Shown here: one piece after another, positions 23,631 through 37,284 of the stretch | Position numbering within the stretch: position 1 is the stretch's first letter | Layout of the letters: every line of letters begins with the position of its first letter | Source of the DNA: Dicyema japonicum | Taxonomy: Eukaryota; Animalia; Dicyemida | Length of the DNA: 64,000 nucleotides | Direction: 5' to 3' | Assembly: GCA_011109175.1 (NCBI GenBank) | Contig: RDEW01000017.1 | Coordinates: 310,001 to 374,000, forward strand | Notes under the pieces: model-generated | Seen by the model: the letters and a program-made list of their open reading frames with translations, nothing else | Told to the model about the DNA's origin: nothing | Databases searched by the model: none | Position numbers and translations under genes: made by a program

Positions 23631-24249
23631 TTTTTTTGCGATAATACCCAGTAACTTGAAGTTATTGAGACATATTCAGCTCTTGAGAAGGATAAGGACT
23701 TCCTAGTTGTCTCGACAGCAATTATACGAAACCGAACTGATCCAGTAGTACTCGAGAGGATTCTAACTTTAATCCGACCTCAATCCGATACTTTTTTTAT
23801 TCAAAAGATTGAGTTTCCAATGTTCCGAGTCAACCATCTCGTCCTGCTAATGAGAAGAAGATAAGGACTTTCATAGATTATAAGCAAAGTGAACATTTCG
23901 TGCAATAGATGTCCATTACCTCCTCAACTTCAACTGGTCTCCACTGTCTGTTGTATTTATTATACTAACCCCCAAAGACGCAGACGATGATATGAGCCAA
24001 AATTATGTTCACTCATTTTGATTTCCACTATTAGACTATTTCCTAAAGATTCTCATCCTGAGCTGTCCAGGATTCTCCCCCATGTCGGTATGAGGTCACT
24101 TAGTTAGTTGGGAACTTTCTTTTCCTTTTAGCCCGATGACCATGGGGTAATAATAATTCGTAACCATTATATCTCAGAGTTAATCAGGAAAAGACTGAAC
24201 ACAAGAATCACAAGGGAATTAAAATATATTGATGAAAGGGAGAAAACAA

Positions 24250-24905
24250 GAAATGGGATCCTTACTGGTGAGACATATAGGAAAGTTCTAGCCACTGCAT
24301 GTATAAGAAAATGCAGAAGATAAAAACAAAGTCGACGAAAACTAATAAAAACAAATCTAAGAATAAGACTGTAAACTCATATATAAATCCGGTGCTTGTG
24401 TACAACTCGGGTACATGGGAGGTCACAGAGCTAGAGCTCAAGAAAATGATATATTTCATCGAAAACAATTACGCAATTTAATGAGCCTAGGTTGGCCCAA
24501 GAAGATTTCAAATAAGAGATTATACTCTGTGGCACAATCGAGGCCAATAAGCATCGACATTATTGAATCAAGATGGAGACTGTTTAGGCACGTGTTTAGA
24601 ATGGACATAAACACCCATGCAAAAATAATAGTGGACAATTACTTTAACAATGAGAACAAACCATCGTTCAGAGGAAGGCCCAGAGTCACCCTCCCTGTAG
24701 CTCTAAACAAAAATCTTAATGGAATTGGAAGAAAACTTAAATCTGCATACATTGAGTGTAAGACCTAGAAGATCTACGGACAGATAGACAAAGCAGAGGG
24801 CGATGGAGACGCCTAGTGAAGCAAATTTCGAAACGGTGGCACAAACGGGACGTTTGTTAATGAAACGTTCTTTGGTTCTGTGAAAGTGCTTTTAATAATA
24901 ATGTA
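24250..24905 (+). mobile_element. RTE-clade LINE 3' portion
   Basis: INPVLVYNSGTW...FHRKQLRNLMSLGWPKKISNKRLY...RWRLFRHVFRM...RGRPRVTLP; (TAA)n tail. Confidence 0.85.
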
Positions 24906-25754
24906 CCTCAGATCAAGATCACCGAAAATAGTAAAGCAGATACGACTATGAGAAGGTCATATTTTGGATAAACCTTAAAGGTTCAACACCGAGGAGAGCG
25001 AAAAACACATTTCAATTCCCCATAGCTCAAGACCAAATCAAAAATTCCCGTAGCTCTTTGTCAAGGACCCGATGGTCTTGTATTTTCTACCTAAAACATT
25101 TGGACCAAACGGAGCCCAGGATCTCAAAGCTGTACGAATTCTCAGAAAGAATATGATTTAATCCAATGATATGGAAAAAATTGATCATCATCCTTGTCTC
25201 ATAAAAATGAAGATTCCTCTGTCTTTCGTCCTACAGACCAATCTCAGTTATTTTGGTGGTTTCGAATTATCTGGAAAAAATAGCCCTGACCAAATTTCAT
25301 GCCGGATAAGCCTTGACAAATCACAAAATGGTTTACATCCCTTCCAACAACAATCTCCCACCTTTCCATCACTTACTTCATTGCAGACGGTTTCATCAAT
25401 TCTTTTCACTCAGAAGAACTGGTTGACTTCCATGTAACACAGGAATTTGACCGCAACTGCCATGTGGTCCTTTCCAACGAAACCAAATCATCAACTATCC
25501 CCATCTGGTTGGAAGTCTTAGCTCACTTTCCGGGGAGACTTGGTCTATCATATGTCCCGTCTTACCAGGCGCAGAGCTCTTGAAAGCAGCGCTTCAGAAT
25601 CGCTGGTCTCAAAGGCCGGCATAATAAGATCTTGGTTCAACAAAAAGAAGACCGCACATTAAACTTGTTTCTTGACATGTATACTTTTAGTCACTACACA
25701 ACAGACCACAAAAATCTCCAGGGAGTAGTTAGTAATCCCCATTATAAGAAAAGT

Positions 25755-26020
25755 TAAAAGGATCTACCTACCTTCTCCCTGACAAAATCCACTAATGAAG
25801 ATTGCATTATGAAAACTATTCCGCTAAAGATGAAGTGATGTCCGCGACGGTAGGACAAAAGTGGAAGAGAAGGCGGACCTACTTCCCTACCTCTCTTCGG
25901 AAGCCTGTATTGGAAGAATGGATTTAGTCGGCACAAGCAGATGTTCTCCTTTGGTTTCTTCCTTGTATTAGTTAGTTATGACTGTTTGTGATGATTTTAC
26001 AATGGTAACCCTGGGGTTAA
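25755..26020 (+). mobile_element. Family B LINE 3' end
   Basis: KDEVMSATVG.K..EGGPTS..., ending CCTGGGGTTAATGATAAT. Confidence 0.75.
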
Positions 26021-26557
26021 TGATAATAAATATTCAATTACCAAAAGTCGTGAGGAGTGCAGGAGCTCTGCCAAATCCTCTAAACCTCCAAAAGTCATTC
26101 GTCCACACAGGAAGTATGTCGGGAGGATCGCCGAGAAAAGATGAGGCTGCTCAAAGAGGCCGGGATCACCTGACAGCCCCCACTTTCTTTAGCTTTGTCG
26201 GTGATTCTTGGTTCTAAATAAATAAATTACCAAAGCGGCTAATTGGTCAAAAGGTGGTGACGCAACTCTATTTCACAAAATGTCTACCTAGCCTCACGAT
26301 CAATGAAAAATCCTTATATCAACCTCCTCGTGAGCATAGAGAGCTGATAGACTAAGAGACATCGTTTTTGAACGAATGATATTGCAAAACCACGTAAGAT
26401 CTGAGTTAGAATCGCTTCCACTCAAATTGAAAAAACATGGAGGATCATCTACCAGAAGCCTCACACATAAACCGGCAGTTAATGTAACTACGGATTTTCC
26501 TAATAATAAACAATCAATAACAATAAAAAATTAATCATCAGTCTCGTCTATTCAGCG

Positions 26558-27235
26558 TCAGTGAGTCTCCTTCAAGTCTGCTATGTTCTTATTATCAACA
26601 TCCTCATCAGAGGAATCATCGGACCCCAAATCCAAGTCATCATTCATTCTTTTCCTGGAAGTCTTCGGAAGCTCCTTTTTCCTCTTTAGCCCCACTTCCA
26701 CGGCGTTTTTTATCCCTTCTTTTATCTGATCGCGGTCGCGAAGTATTTTTCGTCATCCAATTTAGCAGGAAGCTTCTCTTGTTCCATTTTTTGCCGTTTT
26801 TCAAGCCTCTTCTTCTCCCGCTCTTCTTTTAATTGTTCCTGCTTCTCCAAGTAGTTGTTATATCTGAAAAATAGGAAAACGGAAAAAACCTTTTCTGGTT
26901 CACCAGATCTCGTAGTCTGTGTCCGTCCAGCGTCTTACATGCTTCCTGGTTGTTAGAATTAGGCATCTTGTGTCCCGCTGATATCAACATCTTCCCAAAG
27001 CCTCCTTTCCCACCAAAACAGCGAATCATTAACTGGTAACTCATGTTTTGCGTTGGAATGCTGTTTTTAGCTACAATTTTACTGCTGGAAAGTAAGTAAT
27101 ATTGGTTGCTTCTCAAACCCTAATAATTATAAGTTACCATAATACATGTGAACTGAATATATGTTCTTGTAAAGATTTAGTCGGAGATATTTTGAGTTGG
27201 GTAGTTCTATCAGATTTTATATAGAAATAAGCCAT
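26558..27235 (-). CDS. SDE2: SDE2 splicing/replication-stress factor (short form); two 26-nt introns; one 1-nt frameshift near 26741
   Basis: UBL-like N-terminus, RCFGGKGGFGKML...NQEACKTLDGHRLRD, coiled coil and acidic tail. Confidence 0.88.
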
Positions 27236-27340
27236 TCTACAAAGATACACCACAAAATCTAGTTTGAGAATAATTTAAATTTCTCAAAAATAATTGTATT
27301 AAAATTATTATTATTCATAAAATATATAAAGTAAATAAAA

Positions 27341-27980
27341 ATGCAAATTGTTGATTACTTTTCTCAGTTTATTGTTGTAGGGAAGTGGATTAGCTTGGTT
27401 CATAAAGGACACATATTTCAAGTGCGCTCACTTTTAGGAAAAGCTCAGGACGGCAAAAATGACCATTACACACCTCCCACCGCATTTGATCTTTCATTGG
27501 GGGAAATGTTCTTGCGATTATTGCCTACTGGGTTTTTATATGATTGGTTGTATACTGATTCTTTAGGGACTAATGTGCTGTATCTGTATGGATATCGTTA
27601 CTGTGGCGTTGTTTGTGAATGACTTCGATGGTGTCTACGGCAGATAATTTTTGTCGCAAATAAGAGGAAACAAGTACGTAATTTATTTGATGGAGAATAT
27701 TGCCTCTCCAAAAACGATCTACTTTTTGAATTGTAATTGTATTGATTCTGCCCCTACTACATGTATAGTATCTGCTGAAATACGAGATCTTCAGCATTCT
27801 CGAGTTTCATTCCGATAATTTTTAAGTCCTGGTTCGGCACTGATGGTAGTGTTTCTCTTGGTCTCCCGTGGAATATCCCTCTACATTACGTAAAGTTTGT
27901 TTCCATGGCAATGTGGCAGGAGTGCGACTCTATCCGCAGAATATGACCAAAACTTTCCATCTCGATGTCAGAATTTCCAC
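27341..27980 (+). CDS. Probable multi-pass membrane protein gene, exon structure unresolved
   Basis: ATG 105 bp from the SDE2 start; hydrophobic segments in shifting frames (GNVLAIIAYW, GLMCCICMDIVTVALF, IVIVLILPLLH, ALMVVFLLVSRGISL); candidate 22-24-nt introns. Confidence 0.3.
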
Positions 27981-28089
27981 TAACAAAGTTTGATAATTTC
28001 ATTTTTTGTAAAAATAATTGTTCGAGATCTTTAACGGATATCGTGAAAAATATTTGATGAAATTAAAAAAATATTTTAATTTGTAATTT

Positions 28090-28250
28090 TATTATTAATT
28101 TTAGAGTAGAGATTCGAAAATGAGGAAATTCCGTAGCATTAGAGATCGGATCCCCTTCCTGCCGATATCAGTTGAGACATCTGGCGAGTTTCGTTTTAAC
28201 ACAGCATTGTTTATCAGATCGATCGGGCACCTTGCAGGACTGAAAAAGAG
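28090..28250 (+). mobile_element. CRE-clade 3' fragment
   Basis: PFLPISVETSGEF...FIRSIG. Confidence 0.55.
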
Positions 28251-28679
28251 AGAGCTTGATTATTTTCTCGAAAAATGTGTTATTGATTATTTTCTCGATG
28301 GTCCTTTCGGTTTTTTTCACGAGCTTGGCCATTTTTTGTGCGCTATGTGTTTTGGTTGGAGTAAAATGAACTTAGTCATCAAATAACTGTCAAAGGAATG
28401 GGATTTTCATCACTTTTAAAATTACCACGTGCTTTCGTTGATTTATGTGGTCTCTTACTTTATGTTCGCTTGTAATCATGACGTACAGGAATATCATTAA
28501 CCTACAAGTCCATTTCGCAAGGATCTGGTATAACTTGGGTTATTGTAATATGAATTTTAGTACTGAATGTGCTATTCTACCTTTCATTATCGATTACGAC
28601 TTAGATATGGTCACGTGTCTCCTACACTGGACTCGGTGTCACCGTTTTGTACAACACTGGAAGATTCAAAGGTAGTGAG

Positions 28680-29300
28680 GCTAAAGATGTTCTCGTGAGC
28701 ATCAATAAATGGAACCTTTGGAAGTAAATCTGAACTGATGGATTGTCTTACGAAACTCTGACCTGATTCCCAGGGATTTTGCGTTCCCAGAATTATCGGT
28801 TAGCTTGAATGTCGCATGATTTTGTTGATTTGTTCTCCCACAGGCTGAATTCCTGCGGTTGTTCTCTATTCGGAAAGGATTTGTGCTTTTCTACCACGAT
28901 GGAGATAGCTGAGGTTGTCAATTAGTAGGAGAGTAGAAATACTATTGCTTGTATCCAATAGAAGTCATTAGGAACAGGGCCACGTGCACAAACCACGTGG
29001 ATTGTGACTATGACCATTGGTGTTTGCAGACGAAGACTGATTCCTTGAGGGGATTTTTGTTTGAGATAAAGATCAAGAGACGTGATTTTTTTTGTGGGGG
29101 AGTTGATCGAAGTTATTAATTTTAGTTGAATTGATTGATTTTGTCAGGGGAGAGATCGTATCTCCGTTTTTTGTTATTCTGTAGATCTTTTGTTCCATTA
29201 TTAGCGTTGGGTGTCATTTAGATTGGTTTTTATTGGTCTTCTCCAACGTCGTCCCTTTTCCTTATTCGACGGAATAACCATTTTAAGTAAATACTTCAAA
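28680..29300 (-). mobile_element. LINE APE-endonuclease remnant
   Basis: GISLRLQTPMVIVTIHVVCA, a degenerate 'TII.VYAP' motif. Confidence 0.4.
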
Positions 29301-29769
29301 GTCGAATAAGGAAGGAAGACGTAGTTTACAGCTTCTATTCAATAACCCCGCTGTTGTTTAAGGAATTGGGATAAGTTGAACACCAAATCCGAGCCCACAA
29401 TGCTTTAAATCACTGAGTAGACATATTAATCGATATTTTCCGTGATTCCCGTCACTAGTTAAGTCAGTTAAATGCACTCCCGCGTTACCCATAAGCATTG
29501 AATACTTAGGGTTCCACTTGTGTCGTGCTCTTCACTATCCGTTCTTCCAGTTTTCTTCATGTAACTTTCTTCCTCGAACATCTCTTCAGCTCATCAAGAA
29601 ATCCATGGATAAGGTTTCCTGTTTAGTGTCCGAAGCAAGTCGTCTGACGTTGATATTAACAATATCTGATGCTTGTTAATATAATAAATTTTATAATTTA
29701 AAATTAAATAATAATTATTTATTTAAATAATAAATAGATTAAAATTGTCAAATTAAGAAAGTTCATAAA

Positions 29770-31166
29770 ATGATGTTACTTGTGATATTATTTTGTGAAT
29801 GCCAAAATTCATTATATGATAAATTTGAAGCCAAAATGGAAGAATTATTTGAATCAAAAGGAATGCATGACATAAATATGGAATCCCTACTATTCCATAC
29901 AAAGAACACCAAAATGGAGATGAAGGCTGCCATGGAATTTGCCAAAAATAACAAAGAAGCAATAAAAAACGCCACAATAACAAAAAATCGAGGACATTTA
30001 CTGGGTCTTTACAGAGAATATCAAAGAGAACGTTACATCAACTCATCCATGAATATTTCAAATGTATGGCGAAGATGAATGAGACCCCCATTATTATTGA
30101 AACTCTCCCCCAAAATACCAGTTTTGTTATGAGATGTGCTATCTGCGATCGAATCGATATTAAAAATCGCTTGGAGTGGGTGAGAACTCCCTATTTTGGA
30201 CAGAAAGGATTCATTATTGACCCCTCAAAGGACAAGAAATATGCATGGAGGAGACATAACCTGCTCATCAACAATCTCCAACTCGAGGACTCAGGTCACT
30301 ACCAACTTCTTGTAAATGATGACGTTGCCTGCATCCATATCGTAATTTGTGTTCTAAGCGGTAGATCAATGTAAGGAGGAACAAAAATATAAAGAGCATC
30401 CGATCGTGGTTGAATGAGTCAGTCAGTGAAGAATTCGAGGGATATGGCTGGACCATCAAAGTCGTGTGGGGTGAGTGGTCATACTGTGATAACTGCAATA
30501 CAAGTGGCCATAAAAGAAGACTTGGAATGTGTCGAGTCACTAATAACAATCCTGAGATACCGGATTTGTACTCCTGTAGTGATGAGAATCTCCCAGCCTT
30601 CGTTAAACGGATAATATACGAGCACAGCTTTTCTGATGTAACAGAAATTGATAGGTGTTTTGAAATTTGCGATGATTTCCAACTAAAGTTCTATTATGAC
30701 AGTTCAGTGGACGGTTTTCCAAAGTTACTGAAGATTATCAAGTCCTTCTTTGCTCTTCAAGTTCGTCGATTTGTCAAATTGGTGACAGAGGGGGATTCTA
30801 TTAGCTTTAAATGCCCGAAAATATTTTTTGGGGAAAGTATTAAGGGGAATATTCGGTGGATGTACAGTATTAATGAGACAGAGAGCTCCCCCATTATACC
30901 CTTTACTGTACTTATTGTTTATTACTTTGTATGGGCATTCATTACTAGTGGATCTTGGAGATAAATTGAATATTCAACATGTTAAGGAGTCGGGATATTA
31001 TTCCTGTCATTATGCACAGTTCCACATTGCTACATTTAGAGTGATTGTTATTTCTAAACATTTTACAACTCAGGCTTTGGAGTTTTATGCTTCTTTATGT
31101 GGAATAGCAATTTTCTTTGCTACTGTTCTTTATATTATTTGTTCTATTTATATTATTAAAATTTAA
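29770..31166 (+). CDS. FAM187A: FAM187-like Ig-domain type I membrane protein
   Basis: Signal peptide; EYFKCM; Ig domain (LLINNLQLEDSGHYQL); KVVWGEWSYCDNCNTSGHKRRLGMCRV; second Ig (LNIQHVKESGYYSC); C-terminal TM. One frameshift (~29955-30060), a 23-nt intron and a putative GT-AT intron. Confidence 0.7.
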
Positions 31167-31919
31167 TAAATATTTTTTATTATTTATTTATGTTTATGGC
31201 CACGTGGTTCCATGTGGTTACTTGATTGAATATTTTTTATCCTTCCTTCTTACTGCTTCATCGGATTCACCTCACTAAGGAGACTTCCAATACCTGGCCG
31301 GAATTCAAAAGGATGCATCTTCTCATTCCACTGGGAGAAAATTTAGCCCGCTGGCGACGAGTTCTGGCTTTGACTGAGCCTCGCAGACAATGATGATCAC
31401 TGTGCTTAGATAAGGCTCAGGATCACGAGAATAGTTAGTTTGGTTTATCCTTGGTCTTTGAAATTTCATTCGCATAGCCTGGTTGATTCGAATCAACCAT
31501 CTTTTGTTTTACAACAAAAACTAACCTTGTTGGATTGAAAGACGTCTAGAACAACTGTTTTAAGGGTATTGAGTGACCTTGTAGTTTATTCAGCATCCGA
31601 AAGATAAAAATAAATTTAAATTGTTAAAATCATAGACACCACATGAACTTAAAAAAATGGACGCAAAATGCCGCACTAATTTAAAAAAAGATGAGGCATT
31701 TAATTAACTTGGTTTATTTTCATTAGTAATTCGATTAATCCGGAATAATGAGGAAATAAAAAATCAGATCACTAAGAAAGAAACTGATAGATTAAGTAAT
31801 CCTAACAGTTTGAGTATTAATTTTGGGCTAAAATTGAAAACTTAGATCTCTTGTATACTTCTTTTTATTATTTATTTATTAATCCGGAATCACCGAAAAA
31901 GAAAGACAAAGTAAAGTCA

Positions 31920-32580
31920 ACTAGTTAGGTGATCCCAGTTCCCGCAACCAAACGTGCCATCCTAAACCTGTGCGTCTCCATTGTTTCCACTGTCGAACGG
32001 AAATGCATTCTTTGATCCTTGCAGAGTAAGCCGATTGGGGAAGGAAATTTCTTAGCCAACCGATTTTCTTTTGCGTGGAAAAGTGAGAGGCTTAGTGGGT
32101 GTCCACCTTCTTCGCAAATGCGGAAAAATCCGGAACCACATCAACGAGTTGTAGATTCCGTCAGCAAAAGAGGTATTTTTGTTTCACATTGTGGTCCCAG
32201 CATACGTATTGTTTCCTTTGCAGTAAATTTAGCTTTTAGAGTGACCTCTGATAACGCGAATCTCCACGCAGCAGAGGCATATTCCACAGCCGGCGCGATT
32301 GTCAGGCGGTATATGGTTCAATTACTTTATTCATATTCGCTGGGGTCTTCTGGATGAAGGCCCGTGTGACATTCAATTTCTGTAGTCCTTTGGTGAAGAC
32401 TTGTTTGGCATGGTAGGTAAAATTAAGCAGCCTGTTGAATGTCACTCCCATGATTGAGGGGTTTCTTGTGACAGTATCCGAGTATGTCCGATGAAGTGTG
32501 TTGAAACTATCCGCAATGAACTATGAAAGCGTTGATAAGAAAGTCGTGGTTGATCTTCCAGAAGGGAATCCGTGTTGGAA
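31920..32580 (-). mobile_element. I/Jockey-group LINE RT-thumb to 3' end
   Basis: YRLTIAPAVEYASAAW..., ending GTGIT*. Confidence 0.65.
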
Positions 32581-32670
32581 ATTCGGTTGACTTCTTTTTA
32601 TAAATAAGATATATTAAAATTAATAATTTATTTAAATTTTAATAAAATCTATATATTAAAATTCTATTGA

Positions 32671-34112
32671 ATGACTGATTTGACTGTGTTGCTATTTATT
32701 TTGCTAGGAATAGTAATTCTACTTCCATGGAATTTGGTAGTAACGATCGCTGACCAGGTTTATAGTGATAATAACTATTTAGTACTTTATTGACTATCAA
32801 CTAGGCAATGTTACAGGCGAAAAGATATCCGAACTGAGGGAATCTTTAATTCTGATATGGTCGTAATAAATAATTTTTTTGCCCTCCTTGGAACGATTTT
32901 TGGAATTTTTCTGCGACCAAAAAAGTTATAAAATTAAATATTTTAGTAAATTTTTGAATTTTCATATAATTTTAAATTTATCTATTTCGGCCTTTTGTTT
33001 TTTAATTTTTATTATTCTGGTTTATATTCCGACCTCAAATTGTAGTATTGTGACTTAATTTAGGGAAAATATCCTTCATTTATTTAAATTATGGAATTTT
33101 TGCGATTTTGTCATGTTTTTATTGTTTTTTTATTTAAGTTATTTTGTCTTCCACTCAAAATTACATTTTTTCGTTGGCGACCCTCAATGACTCAAAGCTC
33201 ACCTCATACGTCATAACTGGCTCAGTATTTCATAAATGTAAACTTTCAAGAACTCATGTGGGTTCTTTGTGGCTCTAGTCAACATCTTCTTTACATCACG
33301 TGGATTTTTGGTATATTTTAGTCCCCTGAAAGTTACCCACAGCACGGCAATTCAGTTCGGCATTTCCATGGTTTTGCTTCTGATTGCTGGCTTTTGGACC
33401 TTCGTTTGCGGTTTTGGGGATGTTTTAGTTTAATTACAACCACCCTGTGGATGACGATGATCACGTGCTTGGGCTTCTGGACCGATTGAAGAGAATGTGG
33501 GAAGCCTTTAAGCTTGTCGGGATATTTTTTATTTTAGTGTTTTGGCTTCCTCCTTCAAATATTCACTACGTTTTGCATCACCTTAGTCATATTTCCAACA
33601 ATTCATGAGAGTGTGAGTCCACGTGGGATCGCTGAGCCCCAATATAGTTTATTTGATTTCGTTCTTCCTAGTAAAGTGGTATAAACTGATCTCTACTTAC
33701 GGTTTCTTCAACGCCTGTGCCTTTTTGTGTTCCCCATTGCCAGTTTATTTCAGATTCGTAGGTTCTGCTGTTATTTGTAGCCATCCCCCAAATATATGTT
33801 TATCCCTGTATATTTGAGATTCATATTTATTCCCTTATTTTTGCTATGTAACTGTTACCCGGGACGAAGGAGTCTTCCTGTGGTCTTCCCAGACTGGGCT
33901 TATATCGTCATTTCCTTTCTGTTTGCCTCCTCGTTTGGTTACTATTCGAGTTTGGTGACTTCGGAAGTCTCCAGGTTTTGGGGAGTTTGAGGTCTAGATA
34001 TACTTTGGAGTATGAAAGCGAGGTTGGACATTTGATTTCCCTCGTAATTTATGCGGGGCTCGTTGCTGGGAGTGGTTTTTCAAAATTATTGATATTTTGT
34101 TTTTTTAAGTAA
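32671..34112 (+). CDS. SLC29A: Equilibrative nucleoside transporter, ~11 introns of 22-26 nt, two 1-nt homopolymer frameshifts
   Basis: LLGIVILLPWNLVVT..YF, FTTFCITLVIFP, FFNAC, LRFIFIPLFLLCN, FLFASSFGYYSSL, GLVAGSGFS. The ORF track misses most of it because the exons are short. Confidence 0.85.
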
Positions 34113-34905
34113 TATAATTGACTTTGTTCTCGAGTACCAAGGCTTCTTGACCGGTGCACGTGCGATTGTCGAGATAACTGGAGTGATAACCAGGGTTGTC
34201 AGTAGAAATGTGTCAGCGAGGAAATAATTAGGAAAAAACCCAGTGAATCTGCCACTGTGGTCGACTCTCCGTCTTCTAATAACATAATCGGGAGAGTGAT
34301 AAATCTGTCTTAGAAAAAGTGGAATAGGCTGAAGCGAAAAAATCCGAAGGGTTCCAGGACAGTTTACGTTCTGTGTGATTGCTGGAGCATTGAGCAGGAA
34401 GTCTTTGTCCTTCCTTAAAAGCTTAGGATGTTTGGGAACACCCAGAAGCTAAGACGTTCAAAAACCTAGTGGCTACTCCAGCTGATAGCTATTTTGGGAG
34501 ACGATTAGGTCGGCGGGGATGGCTATTTTTATTTTTTTCTAAGCAGCCACAAGACCACAATAAAGAAGGTGTCAAAGCCAATTAATTTAGTGATCCTAGT
34601 TTCTAGTAACTTCTGAATTCTTTTGAGTGATCAAGCAGGGATCTCACCGACTTTCGGAAATGTCTTCTCGAATTTCTGCAAGTGAACTCGATAGATATGT
34701 CCTTCATCAGGACTGATCGGGATTCTTTCGCATAAGTAACCTTTAGTTAGAATTTTTAATAAAATTACGATTTAAAAAAAATTATTTAATGAAATCGATT
34801 ATCTTCAAGTATCATTCATGAAAAATCTCGTTACACAAGCGTTATTTAAAATAATGTGCCAATAAAAATTATTTTAATGAGTCATTATTTTAATAGGATT
34901 TTTCG

Positions 34906-35165
34906 GCCACGTAGCGCTATGTGGCTAAATGGTTGAAGATTTCAGTTTGTTTTGTCTGTTCCTCCTCTTCCCTTTCCTACGCCCAGTGTTAGGGTGTCAC
35001 GAAAAATGATAATTTGCTCCCCCACTCGACTGGAGGGGTTTCCACAACTGCAAGAATGGTCATCTTTTATTTATTATGATGGTTCCGGAGTGACATTGAA
35101 AGACTCAGTTTCTGTGACAATGGAAACTTAATACACTTAATTAGTTTTTACATACAACTTCTGGA
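34906..35165 (+). repeat. Family A repeat with internal deletion
   Basis: 5' motif GCCACGTAGCGCTATGTGGCTAAATGG; the first half of the core is deleted; body and 3' region are conserved. Confidence 0.8.
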
Positions 35166-35402
35166 ATGATCCTCCTTCTTTTAATTCCGAGATTCAAAAC
35201 CGGATACTCCGTGGGCCGACTTTCTGTTATCTCCTGAGTTCTTCATACTCACGAGAAAAAAAACTTTCACCCAAAATTCAAAAAGATTAGATCTTGATTT
35301 TTTATCTACAAGTGTTCAAGAAGTGTCTCCTCTAATTTCTGAGAGGAACTCAATCAGAACGTGCTTCTTCAGGAATGATCTGGATTCCTTCACAGTGATA
35401 AC

Positions 35403-36088
35403 TAGGGCAACATAAGTCAATAAAGTCAATTTCTAATTATAGTTAGACTTTTATCTAATTATAATAATAAAATTAATAAATAGTTAAAAAATGTTTAGAT
35501 AAAAAGTTTTTTAGGTCAACTTGGTCAATTTTTTGAAGGAGATTCTTTACTCATTAAAAGAGCAAAAGAATGTTTATTAAATGATAAACTGCATGAAGAT
35601 TTAACAAACATAATATCGCAATATTATCCTTTATTGCATGTGCTTGATGACATAGAATCAACTGATTTTACTATAAATAAAGCATATTGCAGTCAAACAA
35701 CAATGGATTTTAAAGAAGACATTTGTGGCAATACAAAATTATATTGAAAAAAAAATTAATTCCAATGATATCAAAAAATAATAAATTTGGAAATCAATTG
35801 ATTTCACCTGTGGACTATTCTTTACTGCTAGAATGTCAGGCAACATCGTGTGCAGTGTAAAGATCATTTTCGATTCTTAATAAGATCTTAACAAAGGATA
35901 GGAATTTTAAGGCAGATAATGTAAAATATTACTTAATTGTAAATAACTCATTATAACAATTTTTAATTTTTATTGATTTATTGATTTAAAAAAATCGATT
36001 TTTAGTTTTTAGGTCAATTTTTTAGTCAATTATAAATTTTAAAGTCAATTAAATTGACTTTTTTAAGGTCAATAATTATGTTGCCCTA
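35403..36088 (+). mobile_element. Non-autonomous hAT element (CGGBP-like transposase remnant)
   Basis: TIR TAGGGCAACATAA / TTATGTTGCCCTA; perfect 8-bp TSD GTGATAAC (35395-35402, 36089-36096); LECQATSCAV.RSFSILNKILTKDRNF. Confidence 0.9.
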
Positions 36089-37284
36089 GTGATAACCCTT
36101 TCCTCAAATAAGTTTACTGGTTTTTTGGGGAAACGCAGGAAGCCTTTGCCATCTTTTCTAATCGACTTCTCTGAAAGGAGAATATCAATTGGTGCTCTTT
36201 CGTGAGGGAAGAAGACGTGGAGTATGGGCGCAATTCCCAAGGAAAAAAGTCAAATCTCCTGACGGAACAAGCATAGTCGATGATTGGAACAACGATCTAA
36301 TAATAAAACCAGCTAATGCAATTTATAAAAGGGATGGAAGTTGTTTGTAAAATAGTCTTCAAAACTTTTGAAGCCACTTACTCATAACTTCCTCAACTTG
36401 ACGAGTAAATGTCATTAACGTGTTAAAAGTGACGCCGAGAATCTTCTGGAATGAGGATGTCGACAAGGTTCACTTTTGATTCTCCCATCGATAGTAAATA
36501 AGATGAGCTGGAATTTTGATAAAGATAAGACAATATATTGGGGATAGCCAGGTATACATCTAGTTAAGGAGTGACTGACCTCCGCGGCAGCCATGGAGAT
36601 GGATTTATTCAATGCCTCACATGTAGGGAATGAGAGACGTTTTTGTGACTGATCACGACATAGCGTTTTGTTATTTTGCCACGTGTCGTTATGTGAAATG
36701 TGGGGGATTGCGTGATGTACTTCTGTCATTCTCGTTAATAAGATTGTTTAAAATCCTTAGCGTCTTCAAAAAAGGGACATACAAATGTTTACTGTACAGT
36801 TCCACTTATGCCTGTAATAACTCGAATTAGTTTCGATATTCTTGAATTTTAATGTGTGTCACGTCGTGTGAGAATAGCCTCTGGTTGAACCTCGTGTAGG
36901 ACGATAAAAAAAGGAGATCCTATCGGCTTTCAATTTACTGGCGACAATATCTTTGCTTTCCACAGCGAACCACCTCGATTTATATGACAAATAATTCGAG
37001 AGCGATCTCAATAGCTATCGTCAGAAAAAACAACATGACCATTCAAGATCCATAACTTTTAATTACTTAATTTTGAATAAATAATTAATTATAAATAATT
37101 ATCAAATTCCAAAAAAACCACAAATAAAAAGACAGAACTAAATAACTATGTGATCTCCTACGTCCCATCAGAATCCTCAAGTTGGATCATTGTGTCTCTC
37201 CTGTGACCACATAAACCCGTGATAGACGGAGAACTGCATGGTTACTGTGTAATGGACAGCCTGCACCGTCTAGACGAAATAAGG

